Shown: positions 42,719 through 53,800, counted from the stretch's first letter. The stretch: 64,000 nucleotides of DNA from an uncultured Verrucomicrobiae bacterium (GCA_963726745.1 CAVSDR010000004.1:64001-128000), one strand, 5' to 3'. A program made the numbers and translations. The notes: generated by a model not told the origin, from the sequence alone.

Positions 42719-43846
42719 CTAGCGCTGGTCGAGCGGCGTGACCGTTTTCCCGACCGGTTCGCCGACGTATTCGCTCAGCGGGCGGTAAAGGCGGTTGTCC
42801 TCGAGTTGCTCGAGCACGTGCGCGCACCAACCGGAGCAACGGGCGATCGCGAAAACGGGAGTGAAAAGATCGGTCGGAATGCCTAACGAGTAGTAGACCG
42901 TCGCGCTGTAGAAATCGACGTTCGCGTTCAGGTTCTTCTTCTCCTTCATCAAGGTGGCGATGCGCTCGCTCATCCGGATCCACTTCGGCTCGCCCAGTTT
43001 TTCGCTCAGCTTGACCGCCATCTTTTGCAGGTGAGGCGCGCGCGGGTCGAGCGTTTTGTAAACCCGGTGGCCGATGCCCATGATCTTCCGCTTCTGCGCG
43101 AGCTGCTCCTCGATGTAGCGGTCGACTTTTTCCTCGCTCCCGATTTCCTCGAGCATCTGGATCACGCCTTCATTCGCGCCGCCGTGCAGCGGGCCCTTGA
43201 GCGTGCCGATGGCGGAAGTGATCGCGGAATAAATGTCGCTCAGCGTCGCGATGGTCACGCGCGCGCTGAAGGTGGAGGCGTTCATCCCGTGATCGGCATG
43301 GAGGACAAAGGCCACGTCGAGGGTGTCGACTGCTTCCTGCGAAGGCTCTTCGCCGGACATGAGGTAAAGGAAATGCGCGGCCTCGCTCAGGTCCTGGCGC
43401 ACGGGGGGCAATTCCTTGCCCTGGCGCGCGCGGTGGAAGTAAGCCGCGATCACGCCGATCTTCGCGGTGATGCTGCGGGCGCGTTCGAGGTTCCGCTCCG
43501 GTGTCGCATTTTGCTCGAGGTCGGCATCGTAGAGCCCGAGCATGGAGACGGCGGTGCGGATGACATCCATCGGGCCGGCTTGCTTCGGCGCCGACTTCAG
43601 GAAATCGATCACGCCCTGCGGGAGTTCGCGCTGCGCGCGCAACGTCGCGGAACACTTCTCGAGTTCGCTGCGAGTCGGCAGCTGGTTGTTCCAGAGCAGG
43701 TAGACGACTTCCTCGTAGCTCACTTTGCCAGCGAGCTCGTTGATATCGTAACCCGCGTAAACCAGCTGTCCCTTGTCGCCCACCACGGCGCTTAGGCGCG
43801 TGGTGTTGGCGACGATTCCTTCAAGTCCTTTGGCAATAACCGGCAT
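42719..43846 (-). CDS. gltA: Citrate synthase
   Basis: KGLEG, HADHGMNASTF, GPLHGGANE, GIGHRVY..DPR, NVDFYS. Confidence 0.94.
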   Translation of the reverse strand: MPVIAKGLEGIVANTTRLSAVVGDKGQLVYAGYDINELAGKVSYEEVVYLLWNNQLPTRSELEKCSATLRAQRELPQGVIDFLKSAPKQAGPMDVIRTAVSMLGLYDADLEQNATPERNLERARSITAKIGVIAAYFHRARQGKELPPVRQDLSEAAHFLYLMSGEEPSQEAVDTLDVAFVLHADHGMNASTFSARVTIATLSDIYSAITSAIGTLKGPLHGGANEGVIQMLEEIGSEEKVDRYIEEQLAQKRKIMGIGHRVYKTLDPRAPHLQKMAVKLSEKLGEPKWIRMSERIATLMKEKKNLNANVDFYSATVYYSLGIPTDLFTPVFAIARCSGWCAHVLEQLEDNRLYRPLSEYVGEPVGKTVTPLDQR

Positions 43847-43850
43847 CGCG

Positions 43851-44732
43851 CTACTTACGTCCTTTCATCACGGTGAGCAAAGTATCCGCCATCGTCGCGG
43901 GCGTCTCCGCGACCGCGATCCCCGCGGCCTTGAGCGCTGCGATCTTTCCTTCCGCGGTCCCCTTCCCGCCGGAAACAATCGCCCCGGCGTGCCCCATCCG
44001 GCGTCCCGGCGGCGCGGTCGCCCCGGCGATAAACGCGGCCACGGGCTTCCGGCAATTTTCCTGGATCCAGGCCGCGGCCTCTTCTTCCGCGGAGCCGCCG
44101 ATTTCGCCGATCAAAATCATCGCCTCGGTCTCAGGGTCGTCATTGAAAAGCTTGACCGCATCGAGGTGCGACATGCCATTGATCGGATCGCCGCCGATGC
44201 CGATGCAGGTCGATTGCCCGTAGCCGCGCGAGGTCAGTTGCCAGACGGCTTCGTAGGTCAAAGTGCCGGAGCGGGAGATCACGCCGACGTTGCCGGGCTT
44301 GTGAATATAGCCGGGCATGATCCCGATTTTGCATTGGCCGGGCGTGATGATGCCGGGGCAATTCGGACCGATCAGGCGCGACTTCGAGCCCGCCATCTGC
44401 GCTTTCACGCGCATCATGTCCATCACTGGAATGCCTTCCGTGATGCAAATGACCAATTCCACCCCGGCATCGACCGCTTCGAGAATGCCATCGGCCGCTC
44501 CCGCCGCGGGCACGAAAATAACCGACACATTGCAACCGGTCTCCTTGCGCGCTTCGGCCACGGTGTCGAAGACTGGAACCTTCGACTCAAACGTTTGCCC
44601 GCCCTTCCCCGGCGTGACCCCGGCGACGACGTTGGTGCCGTATTCCATGCACTGCTTTGCATGAAAGCCGCCGGCGCTGCCGGTGATGCCCTGGACGCAG
44701 AGACGGGTGTTTTTATCGACGAGGACGGACAT
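43851..44732 (-). CDS. sucD: Succinyl-CoA synthetase alpha subunit
   Basis: [31 protein letters not shown]. Confidence 0.97.
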   Translation of the reverse strand: MSVLVDKNTRLCVQGITGSAGGFHAKQCMEYGTNVVAGVTPGKGGQTFESKVPVFDTVAEARKETGCNVSVIFVPAAGAADGILEAVDAGVELVICITEGIPVMDMMRVKAQMAGSKSRLIGPNCPGIITPGQCKIGIMPGYIHKPGNVGVISRSGTLTYEAVWQLTSRGYGQSTCIGIGGDPINGMSHLDAVKLFNDDPETEAMILIGEIGGSAEEEAAAWIQENCRKPVAAFIAGATAPPGRRMGHAGAIVSGGKGTAEGKIAALKAAGIAVAETPATMADTLLTVMKGRK

Positions 44733-44763
44733 AAGAAAAGATTCGAATCAGGAAGGGAGGAAC

Positions 44764-44823
44764 GAATTTGGAAACCAGAAAGTAAGAGGCCGGTTTTTCG
44801 CTGGCTTTCTGGTTTCCAAATTC
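44764..44823. repeat. Perfect 19-bp inverted repeat (REP-like hairpin, 22-nt loop)
   Basis: GAATTTGGAAACCAGAAAG (44764-44782) and its exact reverse complement (44805-44823). Confidence 0.85.
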
Positions 44824-44824
44824 A

Positions 44825-45190
44825 TCATGCGGCGGATTCCGCTTTGCGTTTGTGGATGATCAGCTTGTTCCCATCGGGGTCGCGGAATTGCGCCATCCAG
44901 CAGACCGGCGTTTCGGTTTTCTCCAGATCGAAGGCCACGCCGCGCTCCTGGAGCTGCGCGAAGGTGCTGTCAAAGTCATCCGTCTCAAACGCGACCGTGG
45001 TGCCATCGCGCGAGGGCTGCCAGGCCGGATGACAACCAACGCCAATGGTGACCGCGCCCAGGTCGTATTCCACCCAGGCGCCCTCCATCTGAGTGCGCGA
45101 GGGCTTTAGTCCGAGCGTTTCCTGGTAAAATTTGCGCGACCGTTCCGGGTCGGAGACGGCGATGGCAACAAAGGCGACTTCCGTGATCAT
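44825..45190 (-). CDS. VOC/glyoxalase-family protein
   Basis: VSDPERSRKFYQETLGL and FRDPDGNKL. Confidence 0.88.
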   Translation of the reverse strand: MITEVAFVAIAVSDPERSRKFYQETLGLKPSRTQMEGAWVEYDLGAVTIGVGCHPAWQPSRDGTTVAFETDDFDSTFAQLQERGVAFDLEKTETPVCWMAQFRDPDGNKLIIHKRKAESAA

Positions 45191-45192
45191 AT

Positions 45193-46380
45193 CTATTTTC
45201 CTTTCGCCGCGGCGACGGCCTTCTGCGCGGCATCGCCGAGGTCGTCGGCAGTGGTTACTTTCAAACCCGATTCCGCGATGATCTTCTTCCCCGCCTCGAC
45301 GTTGGTGCCTTCGAGCCTAACGACCAGTGGGACCGGAAGATTGACCGCCTTGACCGCGTTCACGATCCCCTGCGCGATCACGTCGCACTTCATGATCCCG
45401 CCGAAGATGTTCACCAGGATCGCTTTCACGTTCTCGTCCGAGACGAGGAGCTTGAACGCTTGCGTGACCTGCTCCTCGGTCGCGCCGCCGCCGACGTCGA
45501 GGAAGTTAGCCGGGCTGCCGCCGTAAAACTTGATGATGTCCATCGTCGCCATCGCGAGGCCGGCGCCGTTCACCAGGCAGGCGATGTTGCCGTCTAATCC
45601 GATGTAGTTCAGTCCATACTTCGAGGCCTCGACTTCGCGCGGATCTTCCTCGGCGGTGTCGCGCATCGCGGCCACTTCCGGGTGCCGGTAGAGCGCGTTG
45701 TCGTCGAAGTTAAACTTCGCGTCGAGCGCGAGGACCTCGCCTTTGTCGGTCACGACCAACGGGTTTACTTCCACCATCGAGCAATCGAGCGCGAGGAAGG
45801 TGCGGTAAAGACCATCGAAGAGCTTGGCCGCCGGCTTGATTTGCTCGGAGGTGAAGCCGAGTTCCTTGGCCAGCTTGCGGGTTTGGAATGGCTGCAACCC
45901 AGCCAGCCGATTGACCGGTTCGCGCAAAATTTTCTCGGGCGATTTCTCGGCCACGGCTTCGATTTCCACACCGCCCTCGGTGCTGGCCACGATCATCGGC
46001 GCGCCGGTCGCGCGATCGAGCAGGATGGCAAAGTAAACCTCGCGCGCGATCTCGACCGACTTCGCCACCAGGACGGTGTTGACCACGCGTCCGGCCGGGC
46101 CGGTTTGATGCGTGACCAAGGTTTGGCCGAGCATCTTGCCGGCTATTTCCCGCGCTTCCTCCGGCGACTTGCAGAGGTGCACGCCGCCCTTGAAGCCGTT
46201 GGCAAAAGTTCCCTTCCCGCGACCGCCAGCATGGACCTGCGCCTTGATCACAAGATCGTCGGTGCCGAGTTCGCGCGCGGCCGCCTCGGCCTCCGCCGCG
46301 GTCCGCACCGCCTTTCCCGCGGGGGTGGCGACGCCAAATTTCTGCAACAGCTCCTTGGCCTGGTATTCGTGAATGTTCAT
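45193..46380 (-). CDS. sucC: Succinyl-CoA synthetase beta subunit
   Basis: [44 protein letters not shown]. Confidence 0.97.
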   Translation of the reverse strand: MNIHEYQAKELLQKFGVATPAGKAVRTAAEAEAAARELGTDDLVIKAQVHAGGRGKGTFANGFKGGVHLCKSPEEAREIAGKMLGQTLVTHQTGPAGRVVNTVLVAKSVEIAREVYFAILLDRATGAPMIVASTEGGVEIEAVAEKSPEKILREPVNRLAGLQPFQTRKLAKELGFTSEQIKPAAKLFDGLYRTFLALDCSMVEVNPLVVTDKGEVLALDAKFNFDDNALYRHPEVAAMRDTAEEDPREVEASKYGLNYIGLDGNIACLVNGAGLAMATMDIIKFYGGSPANFLDVGGGATEEQVTQAFKLLVSDENVKAILVNIFGGIMKCDVIAQGIVNAVKAVNLPVPLVVRLEGTNVEAGKKIIAESGLKVTTADDLGDAAQKAVAAAKGK

Positions 46381-46528
46381 GCCGCGCGAAACGCTAGCGA
46401 GGACTAAGCATTTGAACGCGCGACCAGCAATCGCTTTTTCGCCAGCGGAAAAAGGAAACAGCGAAAGCCGCACCGTGCTCCGGATCGGCGCCGCCCGTTG
46501 GCGCGGGCAGCGGGCGCGAAATCGTCGG

Positions 46529-46753
46529 CTATTCCGCCAGGTCGGCCACCGGCGCGCGGCGGCCGGAGCGCTGCGAGGACCAGCAGCCTAACGACCAGCA
46601 AATGGCGGCGACGACGAGATTGAAGACGACGAGAAGCGTGGCCACCACGGGGTCGTCCTCGCGCAGGAGGAGTTCCTTGAGCGCATTGGAAATGGCGTAG
46701 AGCGCCACCAGCAAAAGCAGCAGCCGCACAGCGAGGATGAGGGCGTGTTTCAT
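46529..46753 (-). CDS. Small two-TM protein, PgaD/IcaD-like by position
   Basis: 74 aa, two hydrophobic segments, ATGA overlap with the upstream GT2 gene. Confidence 0.6.
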   Translation of the reverse strand: MKHALILAVRLLLLLVALYAISNALKELLLREDDPVVATLLVVFNLVVAAICWSLGCWSSQRSGRRAPVADLAE

Positions 46754-48108
46754 CGGAGTTCGGCGGGCGCGCCGGTGAGCAACTCCGCGCTGCGCACGGT
46801 GCGGCGCCATTGCCCGGTGTCGCGCCGGAGGAAGCCCTCCGGGAAGCCGACCACAAAAGTAGTCAGCGAGATGGCCCAGAAGTAAATCGTGTAGAAAGGC
46901 GCGAGCAGGAAGAGCTTTGGATAAGTGCTCCAGCGGGCGCGATCGAGCAGGGTGGCGATGATGAGCTGGAGAAAGAAGAAGCCCAGGCAGATGCCGAAGT
47001 AGACCAGCACCCGGCTCCAGACCGCGCCATGGGTCCAATCGTGCCCGCGGAGCGCGTGCCGCGTCGCCCCATAAAGCCGGATGACGCCGGTGAGGAGCGA
47101 AGCCCAAAGCCAGGTCGCGCCGAGCACCGTCATGAGCGCGACCGGCACGTGGGTCGCGCCGCGCCGGAGTGCATCCGGGAAATGGTCGCGCATCGCATGG
47201 CCCAGGCCGCGACTCCAGCGCCGGCGTTGCCGCCAGAGTCCTTTCCAGGTCGGCACCATCTCCACGAGCGCGATCCAGGTGCGGTCGTAAACCACCCGCC
47301 AGCCGCCGGATTGCATCCGCCAGGAGAGATCAATGTCTTCCGCGGCGGTCTCCTCGTTCCAACAGCCGATGTCGAGCAGCGCCTGCCGCCGGAAGGCGAC
47401 CCACGCACCCGAGACGGTCATGAGGCCGCCCCAGCGATTCTCGGCGTTTTTCACCAAGCCAATGACCGCGAGGTAATCGAGCGTCTGCATGAGTTCGACG
47501 AGCGAGCGCGGTTTCGCCGGCCAGATCTTGCCGGTGACGCCGCCCACGCCGGGCGCTTGCGCGAAGCGCGCGAGCATGCCGCGCCAGTCTTTTGTGTGCA
47601 CGATGCTGTCGGCATCGAGGCAGACGACAATCTCAGACGCGACCTCGCGCAGCGCGGTGTTCATGGCCGCGGCTTTGCCGACATTTTCGGGTAGACGGAG
47701 CACGCGCGTGCCTGCCGGGAGCCCGGCTTCCTGCAGGATGCGCGCGGTCTCGGCCACCTCCGGGCTGCCATCGTCCACCAGCAAAATTTCCGCTGGCGCG
47801 GGCGAGACTCCCAGAAGGCTGTGCGCCGTGCGCAAAGCGCCCGTGGGCTCGGCATAAAACGGAATGATCACGCTGTAGCTCGGCAGGGTTGCCGGCAGTT
47901 TGCGTTTCCGGAAAGAACTCAGGAGGCAGATCAGGCCGTAGATCGACCAGACCAGGCAGACCACGAGCGGGAAAAGATCGATGTATTCCGCGACCGACTC
48001 AAAGGAGCCGCGCGGCCAGTCGCCGAGATCGCGAAATTCGCTCAGCCAATGGTCCGCGACCATCCGCACGAACTCCGCAAAAGTGATCGCCGCGAGCGAG
48101 AATGACAT
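46750..48108 (-). CDS. pgaC: GT2 processive glycosyltransferase, PgaC/IcaA-like
   Basis: VDDGS, NVGKAAAMN, CLDAD, TVSG, EDIDLSW, QRRRW plus flanking TM helices. Confidence 0.8.
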   Translation of the reverse strand: MSFSLAAITFAEFVRMVADHWLSEFRDLGDWPRGSFESVAEYIDLFPLVVCLVWSIYGLICLLSSFRKRKLPATLPSYSVIIPFYAEPTGALRTAHSLLGVSPAPAEILLVDDGSPEVAETARILQEAGLPAGTRVLRLPENVGKAAAMNTALREVASEIVVCLDADSIVHTKDWRGMLARFAQAPGVGGVTGKIWPAKPRSLVELMQTLDYLAVIGLVKNAENRWGGLMTVSGAWVAFRRQALLDIGCWNEETAAEDIDLSWRMQSGGWRVVYDRTWIALVEMVPTWKGLWRQRRRWSRGLGHAMRDHFPDALRRGATHVPVALMTVLGATWLWASLLTGVIRLYGATRHALRGHDWTHGAVWSRVLVYFGICLGFFFLQLIIATLLDRARWSTYPKLFLLAPFYTIYFWAISLTTFVVGFPEGFLRRDTGQWRRTVRSAELLTGAPAELR

Positions 48109-50514
48109 CAGTGCGGCCGCGGGCCGGGCGCGAGAAGCGCGAGCGTTTGATCGACCGTGCTGGTCACGCCGGCGTCGAAGTTGGAATGGGCGCGCAGCTT
48201 CAGCAGCCGCTGGGTCCCGGCGGCGACCTGGCCGTTTAGGATCTCGAGCGCGCCGCGCGAAATCTCGGCCTGCGGATGCGCCGCGGCTTGGGGATTGAGT
48301 TGCGCCAGGGCCGCGGCGAGCAAGGTGCGGCTCTGCGTTTGCCGGCAGACGCGGAGGAAGCCGAGCCACCAGGATTGCTGTTCGCCCGCGTCGGTCGGGA
48401 AGCTCAGCGGCACGCTCTCATCTTTTCGCAGCACGGGAATGCGCGGGAGGTTGCCATCCGCGGCGGTGTCGCGCGAGACGAAGATCGGTGGAGTATCGAA
48501 GCCGAGAAAATGGGTGAAGCCGGCGACGAGGGCGACCGCCTTGGAGGTCATGTTCCACTCGCCATATGGCCAGCAAAAGAAGCTCGGGATGGGGAAGCCG
48601 TGCTCCGCGAGCTTTCGCCGGCAGGTGTCCATGTCGATGCGCAGGCGGCGTTCGTATTCGCCCTCGGTCTCGAGCCGGTTTTTCTCCGTGAGCCATTGGC
48701 GCGTGGTCTCGGCCGGCGAACCCTCATCGGAGGCGGCCATTTCCGTGGCTTGATAATGCAGCGCATCGGAGTGCGCGATCACTTCCACGAGCCCGGAATC
48801 GTAAAGCTGCTTCGCTTCCTTCCAGGTCATCGTCGGGTCCGGCTGGAGCGGCTCGCTCGTCGCGTGGCTGCTCTCGTCCGTCTCGCTCATCCAACTGGTC
48901 ACAAGCGCGATCGTGTAAGGTAAGTTTCCGCTGCAGCGCGCGTGGGTGGAAAAGTTTGACGACACTTTGGGAGCCGTCATCGATCGTGAGCACGAGCGGG
49001 CGCGGCGGCAGGAGCGCGGCATCGCCGGTGATCGCGAAGCTCTGCAAGCGCGACAACGGAATCACGTGGAAGCCAGCCTTGGCCACGGCATCGAGCATCG
49101 CGTCGAGGTAGGTCGTGCTGCACTTGTAGAGATAAGCCTGCGTGCCCGGCGCGACGTCGGCAAAAGTATGGAAAGCGAGGATTGGGCAAACCGGGTCGGC
49201 GTTGTTCTCCTTGAGCGCGCCGCGCTTGTAGAGCTCGCCCAGGCAAACCACGCTCCAGATGGAAGCGTCGCCCGGAAATTCCTTCGGCACGATCGGCTTC
49301 GCCCGCGTCTCCGCGACCGCCTTCGCTCCGGGCGTAGGCGAGGCCGCGGCTGGTTCCTCGGCGTAGCCGAAAAGGCGGCGGACGGGAGCGTTTGCGCGCA
49401 GGATTTCCGTAAGCTTGTCAAAGGTGTGCTCCTCCCAGGTGCCGTAAGTGAAGAAGGAAACTCCGCGCAACGGATCGGGCGGGAGGCTGGCCAAAGCGCT
49501 GGCTATTTCCGGCGCCGGACTGTCGATCCCGAGCGCGGGCCAAAAGGCGGCACCATTCGTTAGGTAACGCGCGTAGGGGCCGACGACGTTCTCCCCGGCC
49601 CAGGTCGGCGGCTTCTTCCAATCGCTCCAGTAAAGCATCGGCTGGAGGAACTCGAGCCCGCTGCGCGCGAGCATGGGATAGTTTTGGCTCTGCTCGGTGA
49701 ACTCCGGCGGCAGGAGGAACGCGCCGAAGTGCACCGTCGGGCGATGCTCGTGCAGGAGGTCGACCGTTTTCGCGACCCAACCAGCGATCGCTCGCGCGCG
49801 GAAATCATACCAGCGCGCCTTGTAGTAATCGTTGTCCAGGGTCATGCGGCCCCACTTGAAACCCATCAGCCGCTCGAACTCCATCCCGGTGAATTTGTCG
49901 CAGCCGTCCCACCAGCCGGCGTAGCGCAACCAGTCGAGCGAGACGCCGTCGAACGGGTAGGTGTCGACTAATTTAGCCAGCAACTCGGACTGGCGATTTT
50001 GCACCCGCGGATCGCCCGCATCCACAAACCACTCGCCGCGCTGCCCGCGATAAGCCGCCTCGGGAAAGAGCGCGGCCATCTGCGCATCGTGAAAGCATGG
50101 CCACCAGGCGAAGACCTTGATCTTCATCTCCTTCGCGCGCGCGAGCATTTCGCGCAGCCAATCGGCATTCTCCCAGCCGGCGGCGGTCTTCTCGTTAGGC
50201 AGCGGGACCAGGAGCTCGCCGCTCTGGAGCGTCTGGCCGGTGCGGGCGGATTTGAAATTGTCCTCGTCCTGTTTCACCAGAAGGTCGATGCGGGTGATCC
50301 CGCGCGCCTGGCATTGATTAAGAAGGAACAACCAGCCGCCGCCGGTCACGTTCTCGGTTGTGCGGACCACGATCCCCTGCTCCACGCCGGTGTCGGCGAT
50401 TTTAGCCGGCAAGATGGAAGGCACGGGCGAGGTTTGACTTTGGACGTGCAAGGGCGTGGCGGACGCGAGCGCCAGGAAGAGGAAAGCCAATCGCGGGCAG
50501 GAGAGCAGTCGCAT
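48108..50514 (-). CDS. Secreted glycoside-hydrolase-like TIM barrel fused to a CE4 PgaB/IcaB-like deacetylase (apparent frameshift near 48921)
   Basis: Signal peptide; FDGVSLDWLRY (GHL10/DUF187-like); LTIDDG, HSDALH, FCWPYG and LPRIPV NodB motifs. Confidence 0.75.
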
Positions 50515-50672
50515 CGAGGAGCAGTAGTGTAGAGACAGGGCGCTGGTGTTCAAATCGCGCCGCCCGGGCCAGGCGGAGGTCAAAAAAAAGGCTCCCTTCA
50601 CACTCCCCACTTCCTCTCTAAGCTCTCGTTAGGCCAAGTGCTCGCGGCGCCCCCGGGCCCTCAGGAAAACGA

Positions 50673-51617
50673 TCAGAGCGGGCGCAGTGGCGGCAGCAGT
50701 TGCTCGATGGCTGCACGCTCCGGCTCGAGCCAGGGTGGCAGAACCAGCGTCTCGCCGAGATGCGCCGGGTCTTCATCGACCGCAAACCCGGGCCCGTCCG
50801 TGGCCAGCTCGAAAAGCACCCCTCCCGGTTCCTTGAAGTAGACCGAGCGAAACCAAAAGCGGTCGATCACCGGCGTGGGATGCGCCCCGGCCGCGGCCAC
50901 GCGCGCGCGCACCTCGGCCTCGTGCGCCTCGTCCTCCACCCGCCAGGCGAGATGGTGAATGCTCCCCGTGCCCCAGGCGCCACGCGGCGCGCCCGCGGTC
51001 TCGCGCAGATCGACGTAGCAACCGGAGGTTCCCCCGGCCACGCCATAGCGTTGCCACTCGCCTTCGCTCGCGATTTTCCGAAAGCCCATCGCTTCTTCCA
51101 GGAAAGCCGCCGTCACCGCGAGGCTGGCCTCGGCCAGGCGCGCGCTTTCGAGGCCGCGGATCTGGTGCTCCGGCGGCACCGGGCTGCCAGCCCAGGCGCG
51201 GAAGTTGCGCCCTAACGAGTCCTGGCTCTCAACCAGCGCCAGCCCGAGGCCATGCGGATCGCGCAACGGGAGCGCCTTTTCCCCGAAGCGAATTTCCACC
51301 TCGCCCGTCGCGAGATCGAGGCGCCCCAGGCGTTCACGCCAGAATTCCAGGCTGCCGGGGGCGATGGCTAACGAGACCTCGGTCCCAAGGCCGGAGCCCA
51401 AACGCGCGGGCGCCAGCTGCGCCCACGGGAAAAACGTCAGGTCGGTCCCGGGGCTGCCGGCAGCGTCGGCGTAGAAGAGGTGATACGTGCCGGGGTCGTC
51501 CTGGTTGACGCTCTTCTTCACCAGCCGCATCCCGAGCACGCCGGCGTAGAAATCGAGATTCTCCTGCGCGGGCCCTGCGATCGCCGTGATGTGGTGCAAT
51601 CCGCTGACTGTTTTCAT
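50673..51617 (-). CDS. Ring-cleaving dioxygenase (MhqO-like glyoxalase family)
   Basis: GLHHITA, VKKSVNQDDPGTYHLFY, IHHLAW, DRFWFRSVYF, ELATDGPGF. Confidence 0.92.
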   Translation of the reverse strand: MKTVSGLHHITAIAGPAQENLDFYAGVLGMRLVKKSVNQDDPGTYHLFYADAAGSPGTDLTFFPWAQLAPARLGSGLGTEVSLAIAPGSLEFWRERLGRLDLATGEVEIRFGEKALPLRDPHGLGLALVESQDSLGRNFRAWAGSPVPPEHQIRGLESARLAEASLAVTAAFLEEAMGFRKIASEGEWQRYGVAGGTSGCYVDLRETAGAPRGAWGTGSIHHLAWRVEDEAHEAEVRARVAAAGAHPTPVIDRFWFRSVYFKEPGGVLFELATDGPGFAVDEDPAHLGETLVLPPWLEPERAAIEQLLPPLRPL

Positions 51618-53800
51618 GGCTTCGTTTTGCCTTCCGTTGCCGGCTCCCCAGCGACCTCGTATTCCGGCTTGGCCGCGCCCAGGAGCCAGCGGTCGAACCA
51701 GCCGACGAGATGCTGCAAGCGCTCGACCCGGTGCCACGGCTGGCCCGCGCGCGAAAGCTCGTGCGTCTCATTCGGGAACTTCACCATCACCGTCGGAATC
51801 TTGCGATATTTCAGCGCGCGGAACATCTCCTCGCCGCCCGCCGTCATCGGCGTGCGCGTATCGGTTTCGCCAAGGATCAGCATGAGCGGCGTCTTCACGT
51901 TCTGGATGTAGGTGATCGGCGACCGCGCCTTGAAATCTTCCTCCTGCTCAAACGGCGGCCCCTTGAACCAACTCGGCTGGAAAAGCGTGAAATCCGCGGT
52001 GTACCACCAATTCGCCCAGTCGGCGATGTCGCGCTGCGAGACCGCAGCCGCGAAGCGATCCGTGTGCGTAATCACCCAGTTAGTCAGCAAGCCGCCGCCG
52101 CTCCCGCCAGTCACGCCGAGCTTCTTCTCGTCCACGTAACCGCGCTTGATCACTTCGTCGACGCCCGCCATCAGGTCCTTGAAATCGTCGCCTGGATACT
52201 TGTGCTGGATGATGTTCCCGAACTCCTGGCCGTAGCTCGTGCTTCCGCGCGGATTGGGATAGAGCACGATGTAACCTTTCGCCGCCATCCACTGGAACTC
52301 GTGGTCGAAGACAAAACCGTAGGCCGCGTGCGGGCCGCCGTGGATGTTCAGGATAAGCGGATATTTCCGCTTCGCGTCAAAGCCCGGCGGCTTTTGCAGC
52401 CACGCCTGGATTTTTCGGCCATCGAAACTCTCATACCAGACTTCCTCCGGCTCGGTCAGGTTGAGCTGGCTAAAGAGCGCGCGATTGACGTCGGTGAGCT
52501 GACGCAAGCCCGCGCCTTCGACCACGAAAAGATCGCCGATGCGCGTGGGCGTGGAGACGAGCACGAGCAGCTTTCCGGCATCCGCGCTTGTGCGAAAACG
52601 GCCCACCGCCTGGTCGCCTTTCGTGATCTCGGTCAAGGCGCCGCTGGCGGCGTCGAAGCGGCCGAGATTGGTCCGGCCTGCACGCGAGAAAAGGTGAAAG
52701 ATGCTCTTCCCGTCGGCGCTCCAGACCGGCGGATTATCTCCGCCCGCGCGCGGCGCGCCGTTGTCGCCAAAGACGCCGCTCGCGACATCGAAGTCGAACT
52801 CAGCGGTCAGGTTGCGCGGCTGCGCGTTGGGCTTCAACTCCAGCGTCCAAAGATCCGGCTGGGTGTAGGAATTCACCGGCTGATTGGCGGAACCGACGAA
52901 GGCGATCTGCGTTCCGTCCGGACTGAGCGCCGGGTCTTGCATCCCGAGCTCCACCGTCGTTAGGCGCGTCGGCTCGCCGCCACTCGCGGGCACGGAATAG
53001 AGTTCGGTCTTCGGCAGTTCGTAGTAGGGCTCGTCCACCCGGCGGGTGGTGAAGAAAAGCTGCGCGCCGTCCCGTGACCAGAAGGGATCCTCCTCGGAAA
53101 AACGGCCCGTGGTGAGCTGTTTTGGCAGCACTTTGTCGCCCGGGTTTTGCGGCACCGCGACCGTCCAAAGGTGATCCGGGTGCTTGAAGTCGAGATAGCC
53201 TTCGTTATTCGAACGATAGACCGCGCGCGTGATCACATGCACGTCGCTCTCGCGCTCTTTCGCGTCGGCCTTGGCCGCGCCGGGTTTCTTCTCGTCTTCC
53301 TGCTGCTTCTGCCTGGCCAGGTCTTCCGGATTGGTCGAGCTGCTGAATGCGATCGTCTTGCCATCCGGCGACCAGCGCGGGTTGCTCGCGCCTTTCGGGA
53401 GCGAGGTGAACGGCCAGGCCTCCCCGCCGGCGGCGAGCGGGAGGAGGAAAAGCTGGCCCGGCTCCGGTTTCCCCTCTTTCTCGCCACCGCGCACGAAGAC
53501 GAGCTGCTTCCCATCGGGCGACCAGCGCGGGGAACTGTCGCGCGTGCCACTCGTTAGGCGGCGCGGCTCGGCGCCCCCGGCGGTCGGCACCAGCCAGAGC
53601 GAAGTGTCGTAACCCTCTTTCTTTTCATTCACGCTCACGCGCACGAAGACCGCCGCGCTTCCATCCGGCGAAAGCTGCGGATCGCCGATCCAGACAAAAT
53701 CGAAGAGATCCTTCTCGGTGACCGCGCGTTTCTCGGCCGCGACCAGGGAGGAAGCGAAACCCGCGAGACCAAGAGCCAGCAACTTGAGGGACAGACGCAT
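51614..53800 (-). CDS. S9-family peptidase (acylaminoacyl-peptidase-like)
   Basis: Signal peptide, propeller repeats, IHGGPH, NPRGS, GGSGGG, ETHELSR. Confidence 0.92.
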   Translation of the reverse strand: MRLSLKLLALGLAGFASSLVAAEKRAVTEKDLFDFVWIGDPQLSPDGSAAVFVRVSVNEKKEGYDTSLWLVPTAGGAEPRRLTSGTRDSSPRWSPDGKQLVFVRGGEKEGKPEPGQLFLLPLAAGGEAWPFTSLPKGASNPRWSPDGKTIAFSSSTNPEDLARQKQQEDEKKPGAAKADAKERESDVHVITRAVYRSNNEGYLDFKHPDHLWTVAVPQNPGDKVLPKQLTTGRFSEEDPFWSRDGAQLFFTTRRVDEPYYELPKTELYSVPASGGEPTRLTTVELGMQDPALSPDGTQIAFVGSANQPVNSYTQPDLWTLELKPNAQPRNLTAEFDFDVASGVFGDNGAPRAGGDNPPVWSADGKSIFHLFSRAGRTNLGRFDAASGALTEITKGDQAVGRFRTSADAGKLLVLVSTPTRIGDLFVVEGAGLRQLTDVNRALFSQLNLTEPEEVWYESFDGRKIQAWLQKPPGFDAKRKYPLILNIHGGPHAAYGFVFDHEFQWMAAKGYIVLYPNPRGSTSYGQEFGNIIQHKYPGDDFKDLMAGVDEVIKRGYVDEKKLGVTGGSGGGLLTNWVITHTDRFAAAVSQRDIADWANWWYTADFTLFQPSWFKGPPFEQEEDFKARSPITYIQNVKTPLMLILGETDTRTPMTAGGEEMFRALKYRKIPTVMVKFPNETHELSRAGQPWHRVERLQHLVGWFDRWLLGAAKPEYEVAGEPATEGKTKP

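Noticed and set aside
2316..48921. Programmed ribosomal frameshifting or stop-codon recoding
   Set aside because: Breaks lack shared slippery sites and hit unrelated genes; TAG, TAA and TGA all act as normal stops.
50575..50630. A8 tract and pyrimidine-rich stretch upstream of the pga-like operon as a terminator or riboswitch
   Set aside because: No convincing stem next to the T-run on the minus strand and no recognisable riboswitch consensus.
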